This document shows positions 28,401 to 39,453 of a stretch of 64,000 bases of DNA, one piece after another (positions within the stretch are counted from its first letter, which is position 1; each line of letters starts with the position of its first letter). The notes beneath the pieces were generated by a model. That model saw nothing but the letters and a program-made list of their open reading frames with translations. It was not told the DNA's origin and ran no database searches. The stretch spans positions 187,123,741 through 187,187,740 of the forward strand of contig CM041465.1 in NCBI GenBank assembly GCA_023213395.1, given 5' to 3'. Origin of the DNA: Cycas panzhihuaensis. Taxonomy: Eukaryota > Plantae > Cycadophyta. Made by a program: the position numbers and the translations under genes.

Positions 28401-29447
28401 GAAGTTTGATTTATCTCACTCACACTTTCTCAAATATCTCATATGCATTTAGGATTTGCTATAGATATATGTCACAACTTAAGGCATCTCATTAGAAAGC
28501 TATTATAAGAATTCTCAGGTATATTTGTGACACACTTCAATTTAGCCTTAACTACAACTATGCAAATACTCTTATTCTAAAAGGATTTATAGATGCTAAC
28601 TAGATTGGGTCCTATGACTCTTACCACTCCACTTCAGGATATTGCTTTGATATGAACTTAGTTGTATTTTCTTAGACCTATACGAAACAACCCATTATTA
28701 CTCTCTCCTCCATGAAAGTCTAGTATAAAGTAGTAGTTCATGCTACTACATAGGTTATTTGACTTGAAAGGATTCTTATAGGACTTAGTCTTGAGCAAAA
28801 TCAAGCTACTATTCTATACTATGACAATCAAAGTGCATTGAAGATGATAAAGAATACTATTTTCCATTCTAGAACAAAACATATTAAGTTCCACGATCAC
28901 TTCATCCATGAATATGTGCAAAACAGAGAAGTTGATCTAGTGTATCAACCTATAAAGGATCAAGTTGTAGACATCTTCACTAAAGCACTTGGTAAACCAA
29001 AGTTTAAAAGATTTTAGCATGAACTTAGCATCAAAATAAATAAAGATATTATTAAGGGAGGGTGTTAAAGCTATAATAATATCTTCTTATATAAATGTAC
29101 CTTTATACCATCTTTGTATTAATGTATAATTAAATTATATTATAAAATTATATCAGGTCCATCCCTTACTAAATAATGGGCCAATTGTATTAGACCATTA
29201 TGTCGACTGATTATGTAATCTTATGAGGTGCTTTAAGACTTATAAATATTGCTTGAACCCTCCCTCATGTATGTGAAATTTTTTGTAGCTAAGCAAAACT
29301 ATGCTAGAATAAAGTCTAAAGGCGATAATCAATTTGCCCTTTCTTTTCTAATCAATTAATTTAGTTTGAATAGTTTATTTACTATGTTTAATTTATTTTT
29401 TGCATTCCAAGAGAACTATTTTAGATTCTATTCTTTTAGTTTTCATA
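22456..29447 (+). mobile_element. Element B: Ty1/copia LTR retrotransposon, structurally complete but decayed
   Basis: LTRs at 22456-22837 and 29063-29447, perfect TSD AAATC (22451-22455 and 29448-29452), PBS TGGCATTAGAG at 22838, PPT AAGGGAGGG at 29054-29062. Confidence 0.95.
24730..29060 (+). pseudogene. Copia gag-pol of element B
   Basis: Zinc knuckle (~25500), protease W.ID..A..HM (~25800), integrase FIDDYSR (~26570) and RSDNGEE (~26695), RT QMDVKSAFLNG (~27840) and LYVDDL (~28100), RNase H RTKHI (~28870). Many stops. Confidence 0.93.
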
Positions 29448-30337
29448 AAATCTTTAATTGTTAATAGGTTCACCATTGTTGAGTGGCTAACATACATGAT
29501 TTGAGAGTTTATTGATGCATATAAGCTATTAGTAAGTACATAAACTAAGCTTATTGAGAGTTTAAAACCCTCATTGAAGATAGATGGAGGTTTAGGCATC
29601 TAATATGGCGATTCAAGCATGTTTTCCCTTTATTTTAGTAAGATTTTTTAAGTTTTGTACCTATTGGAAAGGTTCCATAGTATACACAATGTAGATTTAC
29701 TGTTAAATTTATTACTCATGGCTTATTGTAGCAAAAGAAAATGACCCCAAGCTTTATTTTAACATTAGGCATTCTTGTTGTTTTGTGGGAAATTTTCTTG
29801 ATGAGATGAGCTTATTTCTCATTATTTTTTAGTTGTATTATATAAATTTAAGATTATTTTAATGATTTATAGCCTCAGTTTGTGAGAAAATTCATTTTAC
29901 TATTTATTTTTGCATAGACAATCTCCATTCTTTAGTAGTATTTTTTTTCTCTATGTTTATAATACTATTTCTCATGATCTATGCTTTAAGAAGGGTTGTC
30001 AAATAGTGTAGATCACATATATGTATTTATATTTACATTATACTAAATATTTATCCTATAAGTTAGTTTATAAGCTCCTCTTTTATTTTATTGGTTGTGT
30101 GCCATTCAATGCTCTCCTCTGTGAAACTTTCTTTTTTAAGATAATTTTAACATAAGGTATTATTAGTGTATTAAATTATTTTTAAAACCTTTTTGAGGTC
30201 CATCAAGCCTTTGAATAGGTCATGTGGGCTAACTTAAAAGGGGCCAAAAACCATAAATTTTTACCTTTTTTGATTTGTAAAATACTATATTATTGAAAAG
30301 CTTAATATCTTCCTTATATAAAGTTAAAATTTAGTTA

Positions 30338-30809
30338 TGTTGGGGTTAATGATCATCATCTCACTCCCACCTTCCAATCAGAAATGCACACCTCACTCTC
30401 ACCAATTTACAAATGTAGGTGTTCACATGTAAAGGTAAGTATAAGGTAAGCTTAAGTTGATTTGATTTAATTTGAGTTAGGTTCATTTGAGTTAAGTTAA
30501 GTTATATTTTATTATTGTTTAAATTTTAGGTATTAAGGAGTTTACCTCCTCAAAACTATATATTTAGAGGGATGTGCAACCCTGGTGTCTTTAGACACTG
30601 CCTACTTTTAGACATTTATAATGATCTCTTTCCAACAATAGGTTGAATATAAAGGATTATGTGTTTTATGTTACAATGGAATGAGTTTTAATTATGTGCT
30701 TATGTTCTACCCTGTTCTCCATCATTTTAGTTCTTTCATTTGGTATCAGAGCTTGGTTTAGCTCCTTCATCTGGTATCAGAGCCATTTGGGCTTGCATCT
30801 TTTCCTACA
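30338..30809 (+). repeat. 5' LTR of element C, containing two internal tRNA-iMet PBS copies
   Basis: TG...CA termini; colinear with 59606-60075. Confidence 0.93.
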
Positions 30810-31320
30810 TTTGGTAATAGAGCAGGGATTACTGGACTGTTGAAAGTTTTTTTTGAGAAGAAAGAAGATTTATTAGCATCTGCAGTAGATTTACTCATAA
30901 CAAGTAAATATTGGTTATATTTATCTTATATAAAGTTTTTAAAGTAGATTCTTATATTTTTTATCAGATATTTGATTATTCTTGATCTATACTTATGAAA
31001 TAACAAATATTTTTTAGATATTTTTTCATATACTGCGTGAGCATAAATTAATTAGTAAGTATTCAAGATTTTATCACTCTACAGAGTTTTTATTAATAAG
31101 ATCTACTTATTTTATCAAATATTTAACCATTTCTGGCATATTTAATCTATTTATTCAATATATTTTTAGATCTGTATAAAAGCATAACCGCAATCAATAT
31201 TTATTTAAGTTTTCTTTAGATCTATGCTATATACTCTTTAAATCTGCATATTTTATCAAATATTTGACCATTTTTTGGTTTATTTTATTTATATATTCAA
31301 TATTTACTTAAGATCTATAA

Positions 31321-31540
31321 TATTTTCTTTAGATCTGCAATATTTTCTTCAGATCTATAATATTTTCTTTAGATCTATAATATTTTCTTCAGATCTGTAA
31401 TATTTTCTTCATATCTGTAATATTTTCTTCAGATGTGCAATATTTTCTTTAGATCTGTAATATTTTCTTTAGATCTACAATATTTTCTTTATATCTATAA
31501 TATTTTCTTCAGATCTATAATATTTTCTTAAGATCTATGC
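31321..31540 (+). repeat. Tandem array of about 11 x 20-bp units (TATTTTCTTYAGATCTRYAA)
   Basis: The 20-bp period is directly visible, with degenerate AGATCT-containing copies on both sides. Confidence 0.95.
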
Positions 31541-32094
31541 AATATTTACTTTAGATCTACATATTTTATTATATATTTGACTATTTTTTGCATCTTTGAT
31601 CTATTTATTCAAGTTTTTCTTTCAGATCTGTGTAAGTTTTGGTGCATATTCAGCCTAACAAGCCTCTTGGAGAAGTTATACTACAATAAATCCATTTACT
31701 GGAAGAATCTGAATTCTATTTTCTGCAAATCTACCACAACTGCATTACTAGGTTCTTCTTCCTTTTATTTTCAGATTTAAACATATATATGTTCTCATGT
31801 ATTTGATATATCTTCTCCTATATATTTGAAAGATTTTAGATACAAATATATATACATTTTATTTATTTGATATATTTTCTTTAATATATTTTAAAAAAAT
31901 ATCTAGTTTTATTTGTGGCTCCATTGAATCACTAGATTTTTCATGTTTTTCTATATAAATATAATTCTTTTTGAAATATCTCTTCCATAATATACATTTT
32001 GTATGAAGGTTATTCTTTTTTAACTAAAAAAAACTCAACACTTTTGTCATCTTTCCTTATTTTGGAATAAACTCATAAGAATAGACTGCATCAT

Positions 32095-32170
32095 TTCTTT
32101 AAGCAATCCTTCAAAGAGTGACTATATGAACCACAATTAAAACCCCTAGAATTTGGACTCTTTCTTCTAC
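32095..32170 (-). pseudogene. Captured host-gene fragment: zinc knuckle resembling plant ZCCHC8
   Basis: The minus strand reads SPNSRGFNCGSYSHSLKDCLK, compared with the recalled plant ZCCHC8 motif SRCFNCGSYSHSLKECP. Identified from memory, not searched. Confidence 0.55.
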
Positions 32171-32401
32171 ATGTTACTATAGATCCTCTTATAATCCAAA
32201 CCCTTGAACTCATCTTTTGTCGTGTTTGATCTATCCTCTTCTCGCTGCAAAAATTAGGGTGACATACGTTCTAACAGAAATGATTAAGGAGTAGATTCTA
32301 GCCATGAAAGTGCATTGTCCTCTCCTTGTATTGCTACTCTACACCTTGTTGCTCTCCCCTCTATCATAGCCTTTCGGATGCTCTCCCATACCACCAATAC
32401 A

Positions 32402-32535
32402 AAACACCCCTTCTTCATGAAGGCTTAGAAGCCCCCTTTCAAGAATTTTAGAAATTACTTCTTGAGCTGTAAGACCTGTTTTCCTAGCTTACAAGAATAC
32501 TTAATAAATTGAGAAGAGAAGGGTCTCAATTGGCT
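32402..32535 (-). pseudogene. Captured host-gene fragment: HARE-HTH (HB1/ASXL)-like winged helix
   Basis: The minus strand reads PIETLLFSIY*VFL*ARKTGLTAQEVISKILERGLLSL, where both stops are TAA and consistent with CAA>TAA. It resembles the recalled RINGLET-type motif PGTVKFAAFHVLSLEGSKGLTILEVADKIQKSGL. Confidence 0.5.
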
Positions 32536-32734
32536 AATTTACCAGATGATCAGGAGAATGCTATTTTGTGGAGCAGCTTCTGATGATGCTTCTATTAATT
32601 ATAGCCTAACTTCTATTGTAGTTCCATCTTCACTACAATCTACACAGTTCCACTTGAAGTTTAACACATATTTATTAATCAACATTCTCTTTGATAATAA
32701 AGCTAAAGTTTACACATAGAAGATAAGCCAACAA

Positions 32735-33255
32735 TTAATCAAGCAAAAAAAATTCTATTGTACTAATAGATCTTGTATGTAAGTGCCTCTTCCTGCTATG
32801 CCAAGTTTGAGGTACATTATCCTTTTCTTCTTCAACTTGTATCTTTCTTTCAACATGTCCATCTATATCTTTTGACGATGAACTATAGTCTAAATGCATT
32901 TTCATTCTAGTTTTGACCTTGATTGATAAGAATTTACCAAAATCAACTTCTCTAGCTCTTAAGTTGAAAGAATAGGTCCTTAGCCCTCTCCTTTTAGAAC
33001 GTGCCTTATCTAAAGACCCCACAAATTTCCTCTTCCTACTATCCAAAACATTGCTAATTGAACCTGATTTCTTCCCAGAACCTGAAACGTTCTTATCTCT
33101 GACTTTCCAAATAGTACCCTTCTTATAAATAACTTTCTCAACTTTCCACGCTGGGATGCTTATATCAATGAGAGTAACCTTGGTACATGAATATGAAGAA
33201 ATATCAAGTCTATGCCCATTCTTATATGTGTTATCAACATTAGCTTTCTTCTCTT
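32735..33255 (-). pseudogene. Captured host-gene fragment of a conserved plant protein of unknown function
   Basis: The frame of ORF 32735-33046 stays open upstream and reads LDISSYSCTKVTLIDISIPAWKVEKVIYKKGTIWKVRDK. This resembles the recalled YSRSEVTVIDTS...WK.EK..FRK.NVWKVRDK motif of an uncharacterised plant family. Confidence 0.55.
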
Positions 33256-33325
33256 ATTGCTCTGATCCATTTCTAAGGGAACAAGAAGAGAAGACTCTGA
33301 GGGAGTCAGAGAAGAAATTGGTTGT

Positions 33326-33410
33326 GTGATAGTGCATTCGCCATTCTCGGGCCACGTGATAGTGCATTTGTTATTCTTAGGCTGCATGACAGTGCATTCA
33401 CCATTCTCCC
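33326..33410 (+). repeat. Three ~30-bp tandem units (GTGATAGTGCATTCGCCATTCTC...)
   Basis: Directly visible. Confidence 0.85.
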
Positions 33411-34217
33411 CCCCTTCATGTCACAACGCTGCTAAATTTAGCTGCTACTAAAAGATCCTCACTGCTTCTCAATAGTCTTAACGAAAGTGAAAGATGTACA
33501 ACTAATAACTCCTAGATTGAATTACTTCGTAATTTAAAAATTCAAACATTTGCAGCAGATCAAATTAAGTAAAGGGCTGTTGTCGAAGAGCAATCAAATT
33601 GAGAATTCAATGATTAAAATTATTGTGAATTTGTAGACCCCGTAGCTGTTATCTATTTCGTGATAGTAGGCACAATGGTGGCACATCATAGTTACGCAGC
33701 GATGACGTTCTAAGTTTTTTATTATTTTTTTATAAAGGTTTCAAAACATTAAATTTTATTATATAAAAGTTAAATTCCAGGGTTAAAAGGGGTATAAGCC
33801 CCCTTAAGACTTAGCCCTTAGTCATAAGACCTCTCCACGTGACCATTAACTTTATTTCTAATGGAGCTAGAGGAGTAGAGCATGACTTTAGAATGAGAGC
33901 ATTTTGAGTATAATGGTGATTTCTGATAGTTGGCAATGTTAAGAAAAACACCTAGGAGGTATTCTCATCCCTTAAATAATGAATTTCGGGGAGGTGTCGA
34001 GCACTATCACCTTATCTGCACATTAACCAATGTAAATTCAAAATATATTAAAAAATTAATAATAATAAATGAAATGCATACCTCAAGAAAGTGGTGTTAG
34101 GTCTAGGCAGCTGTTGAGTGGCTCAAGGTGCCTTAGGGGCCCTCAAAGGTGGCTTTGAGGGGCCCTGAGCACCTAGGTGCACTTACCACATTGGGATTAT
34201 TCCCAATATTCTCCCCC

Positions 34218-36555
34218 ATAAGCCCAATGTGTACAACTCCCAAATTGTCTCTAAATTTGTCAAATTTGATTTTTCCCAAAGCCTTTGTAAAAATATCTAC
34301 TGTTTGATTTTCTGTGCTGCAATAAGTCAACTCTATCTCATCTTCTTGTACAAGTTCCTTAATGAAATGGTGTTGAGTTTTAATATGTTTTGTTCTTCCA
34401 TAGAATACTGGAATTTTGGCCATTTGAATAGTGCTTTGATTGTCACACCAAATTCTAGTAGGACCTTGTTGTTTAATCTAAAAATCCTGTAAAAGTCTTC
34501 TTAACCAAATTGATTCACAAGCTCTTGATACTGCGGCTTTATACTCTGCTTCGACTATGGATAAGGAAACGATATTTTATTTCTTTGTACTCTAAGCTAC
34601 CACTGTTAAACCCATACTAAATACATAACCTATGGTAGATTTTCTATCATCGACATCACCGGCCCAATCTGAATCTGTGTAACCAGTTAACTAAAATTTA
34701 GATGTAGCTTTGTAGTATAACCTAAAATTTAGAGTCCCTTTAAGGTATCTAAGGATTCTTTTAGTATCTTGCCAATGAGATATCTTTGGATCCTGCATAA
34801 ATCTGGACATAACACTTACCGAATATGCTATATCAGGTCGAGTAGAAGTTAAATATATTAGGCTGCTAATAAGTTGTTTATAGAGAGTGGGATCAACCAA
34901 AGTTGAGTCATCTGTCTTAGGTAGTTTGATTTCAATTTCTGTTGGTATTGTCAGTGGTTTGTAATTTGTCATTTTGAATCTTTGTAGAAGATGTAATATA
35001 TATTTATGTTGAGAGATAAATATTCCTTATTTATCCTGCCAAACTTCCAATCCTAGGAAGTAATGCATAAGGCCTAAGTCTGTCATCTCAAATTCCTTAC
35101 AGATAACATCTTTAAATTGATTTAAAAGATGGCAGTCATTTCCAGTATAAATTAAATCATCCACATAGAGTCCTATAATCAATATCAAATTTCCCTTAAT
35201 TTGGGTGTATAGATTTGGATCTGCTTGAGATCTTTCAAACCCTTGATATTTAAGATAGTTGTCTATATGGGAATACTAAGTCCTAAGTGCTTGTTTTAGA
35301 CCATATAGTGCCTTCTTTAACTTGTACACTTTATTTTCTTACCCCCTGACTTCAAAACTAAGGGGTTGAGTGATATAGATATATTCTTTGATATAATCAT
35401 TTAAGAAAGCACTTTTTACATCCATTTGATAAACTTTTTAACCCATTTGGGCGGCTAAACTTATTATCATGCGAATAGATTCCATCCTAGTGACTGGGGT
35501 AAATGTTTCTGTATAGTCTATACCTTCTCTTTGAGCATATCCTTTAGCAACTAAACGAGCTTTATATTTATCAATGGAGCTATAAGAGTGGAACTTGGTT
35601 TTATAGACCCATTTGGTTCAAATAGCTTTCTTCTTTGGTGGTAAATCTACAAGTTCCCAAGTATCATTCTTAATGATGGACTCATATTCCTCTTTCATGG
35701 CCTTCTGCCAGCATTCATATTATTTGGCCTCATCAAAGGTTTGAGGATCATGAATTTTGAGTAGCTTGCTCATTAGGGCAAAGTTAACCTTTTGTGAGCA
35801 TGTAGATCTTCTATTGTTATCCAATATATTTCCTAAGTCATGGTTGCGTTGAACCCATTTGGATAGATGTTGTGATGGAGGTTGGGATGATGTTTCTTCC
35901 CTAGTAGGTTCATGAATATTTCTCCACATAAGAGACACATATTTGGATTTATTTGATATGGCAAATCTAATAGCAATATCCTTCTATTATTCTTGATTAT
36001 TTTGGTAGTAGTTGTCTTCTTAAAATTTGACATCCCTACTCACTATAATTTTTCTGGATTTTGGATCATAAACTTTGTAGGATTTTGACAATTCACTATA
36101 TCCAATAAAGATACATTTTACACTATGGTCATCCAATTTAGTTCTTCTTTGGTCAGGAACATGGGCATATGCTAAATATCCAAATACCCTAAGATGATGT
36201 ATACTTGGTTTATAATCGGTCCATGCTTCTTTTGGAGTTTTCCACCTAAGTGCTTTGGTGGAACATATATTAAGTAGGTAGATGACTGTATGAACTGCTT
36301 CAGCCTAAAATTCATGGCCCAAGTTTTTATCTTTAAACATATATTGTGCCATTTCTACGATAGTTCTATTTTTCCTTTCTGCTACACCATTTTGCTGTGG
36401 GGTGTAGGGGTTAGTAAGTTGTCTCCTAATCCCATGACGGATACAATAATCCTTGAAAGTATTAGAGGTAAACTCTCCCCCATTATCTGATCTTAGAGAA
36501 AGGATATGATATCCAGTTTGTCGCTCAACGAAGGTTTTGAAGTCAACAAAGTGGT
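34218..36555 (-). pseudogene. Copia D pol, 3' half (integrase core, RT, RNase H)
   Basis: ORF track: LRSDNGGEF..PQQNGVAERKNRT (36305-36565), YLTSTRPDI (34691-34972), RTKHIK (34133-34423). Confidence 0.96.
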
Positions 36556-39281
36556 TGTTTCCCAACTTCCGGGAATGGATACGGAATCACCGACTCAGGT
36601 AAGTACAGGTATGTTTCTCACCTTGTCATCGCTTTCTTTTGATGAGCGTTTGTTTGCATGTCTGCATGCTTGTGGCCTTGTAGACGACTCTACCTTTGTC
36701 TACACTTATTTTAGCCTATGACGACTATAGCAGGGGCACGCTTCCAGCAAGTGTGGCACCCTGGTGGCTACTCCACTTCCCGCATTCTGCCCCCCTCGCT
36801 CCAAGATCCACTCAGCTTGCGCCACCTCTGCCCGTGTGATGACCCATCATTGTTTGGTTGACTTGCCACACCGTTTGAGTCATATTTTTGCTCTTTTTGG
36901 ATCCGTTTGTTGGCTTGTTTACCCTTGGGTAGGTGTCTCAGCCCTCTATTAGCCCCTTTTGTCATCTAACCATAGCCTAGACTGGCTGGCTGGGCTTGTT
37001 TATGCCTCTGGGCTAATACCGCTGAGATTTTCGTGGTACCGCTGGAAAATCCGCGGTACCACGGATTTTGCGGCGGTATTACTATTCTAACTTATTTTTT
37101 AAAATCTGTCGTGGCAATTTCACATTTATTGTAAAACTGCCATGTGTCTCGCGACTTAACTCGCTCCCATCCGCGCCCTAATTGCTCACTTTAGGGTTTG
37201 GGTTGGGTACTTAAGTCATCATTTACTCATTTTTGATGACTTTTGGCTCACTTTTTCGATTGCTCCTTAAGGAAACCACGTTGTGCTCTGCTATTCTCTG
37301 CTGCCCTATTGCTGCTACCAGACCTGCATCTCTCCTCCAGTGTCCAACTCTCCTTCGGTGTGGCTAGGGCATCTTCCCAGCCCCTCACACAACTTGGAGA
37401 GGGCCCCTTGGAGAGATTTCAGTAGATTCTTGCCCCGGGCAGCCTTCAAGCGTTCCAAGTGTAGGTGTTCTTCCTCCAACTTCATTAGCAGGGTCCCAAA
37501 CCTGCTACACCATAATTTCTGGGCTGATTTCTCAGCCTCTCCTTACCAGCCCTTGGCTGAGGTAAGTACCTCTCATCTTCCTCTCAGGTATTCATTGATT
37601 TGAGTTGTTTCTCTTGTGCAATAGATGCCCTATCTTGCTTGTCTCTTTGCTTGTCTTTGTGAGGGTTGTTTTCCTCTTTATATTGGACTGTTTCACCCCT
37701 AGTATAGTGCCTCTTTACCTACGTTTGTTACTCAAGGCAACGGCACTGAGGGTTGACATATGGTTTGGGAGAGAGCTGGGTGGATTCTGCACCACCTTCC
37801 ACGCTCCTCAAGTGGCTTTAAGCCCCCCAAACCTTCCCTCTTGCCTCGTGCTGTCCTTAGCACTCAAACAAGGGTTTGTTGGCCCTCCCTTAGCTGCTGA
37901 AATTAGCGCTGTCACATGTTACAGTGCTGGTTTGAGGGCTTGGGCTTAGGTCCGGGCGACTCACATAAGTCCCGACCGCTTGTTCTTTGCCCAACTCTTT
38001 TCCTGGCAGCCCGATTTGCTCTCCACAGCACCTCGGCTTACCATAGGTCTTCTTTGGCTCCTTTCAACTCCCTTGCTACTATTTTCAACCATCTTTCTTA
38101 GCCTTACCCTCGCTGCCTTGTGGCTTTTGGGGGAGGTTAGGGTTGTTCTTTGCGGGAGGTGGGCCACTCCGAGGCTTACCAGTTACTTTCCTTTCGCTTT
38201 GGTTGTCCTCTTTTACATATTATCATCATTGCGTTGATGCTAACATATACGTGTTTAAGTTTATATTTGTATTACATAGATATGTATTGTTAGGATCTTA
38301 TCATTGCATGTTAGTACCCTTTCTCCGGGAAGGGGGAAGTCGCCATTTGCTCACAGGTACTTAAAGGGCGTGAAGGGTCTTTTCTGCTCATCCCGTTACC
38401 GGTAAGTGCTCCTATGCATGTTGTACTTTCATACTCCATTCATTACTAGTATTTGGTTTTTTTCTTTCCTTAGTTTTGTACTTTAGTATTTTTTTTGGGA
38501 AAGGTAAGAAAGCCCCTCATTCCAATCTGCCGCGACACTTCACACCTGCCGCACTTTGTGGAGTAGTTTTGGTGTCTCTTGGGAGCGCCATCATCACGCA
38601 TGCTTCCAGTCTGGGTACACGCTTCACTCCATCCTACCACTCTCTCCTTTTGAATTTCCTTCACATGTGTAGTAATTAACTCATTGGAAGTCAAAAGGGG
38701 AACTTAACTTTACTTTCGGTTCATGCTTTATTTATTTCATTGCATGCATCTTATTTACCCATAGGAAAAGGTCATAGGAACCGCTCCTTTTCACCTTTCC
38801 TCTCTCTTTGCTGTGTAAGCTTCCTGCTCTCTATATTACTTGTGTGTTTAGTTAGTTTGCTTAGGCATACCTTGATCCATCTTCTTGGGTCATCCCTCTT
38901 GCTTTCTTTCGGTTCCCCGCTTCGCCGGATAACCAAAGTGATCCCGTCCATAGGCCAACCGCTTGCTTACCCTCCCTTGTTTCCCATTGCTCTAGGGAAA
39001 CCCTCGAAGGCTCCTTTCCGTCCCCTTCTGGCCATCCAGGGGTGGGAGGATCCTTTCCTTAGGTCAACCCAGGCTAACCCTATGCCTCCTCACCTCTTAT
39101 TCGAAGTGGGGGGATCACCCTTTGGTAGCTATATTCCATTGTAGGTCCCGAACTTGTGCTCCGACGCACGGGGTGCCCTACGTGGTATTTACCCTACTTA
39201 TAGGTCTCTTTCTCGATCATATTATCACCCGCTCTTACCATACCTATTTAGTTAGGTAGATATCCCATAGACGTGCATCCA
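36556..39281 (+). repeat. Putative 5' LTR of the Tat element; its first ~250 bp are repeated at 50663-50911
   Basis: Starts TGTTTC and ends CA one base before the PBS. 36556-36806 matches 50663-50911; the rest is inferred from the PBS position. Confidence 0.6.
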
Positions 39282-39282
39282 C

Positions 39283-39301
39283 TGGTGACCATACTGGGGA
39301 C
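39283..39301 (+). promoter_or_regulatory. Primer-binding site, tRNA-Arg (Ogre/Tat) type
   Basis: TGGTGACCATACTGGGGAC compared with the Ogre consensus TGGCGACTCCACTGGGGAC; ~150 bp upstream of the gag frame. Confidence 0.7.
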
Positions 39302-39453
39302 TGCTAGTAAGGGAGATAGTTTATGCTCTCTTCCGTTAGTTTCACTACCTTTTGTGATCCTTTTCACCTATTTCGATCTCTTCGTTGGGCAGCCCCCAAT
39401 GCGTGTGCCTTTACCGCCCTTTCCTTTTCCCTAACATTGTTGGTTGACCTTGC

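Noticed and set aside
31321-31540. Regular repeat array as a possible CRISPR
   Set aside because: The units are contiguous with no unique spacers, no cas genes are present, and the context is a plant retrotransposon.
36768-39144. Many 60-134 aa ORFs in the GC-rich region
   Set aside because: They have no recognisable domains and overlap in several frames, as expected by chance in a GC-rich LTR.
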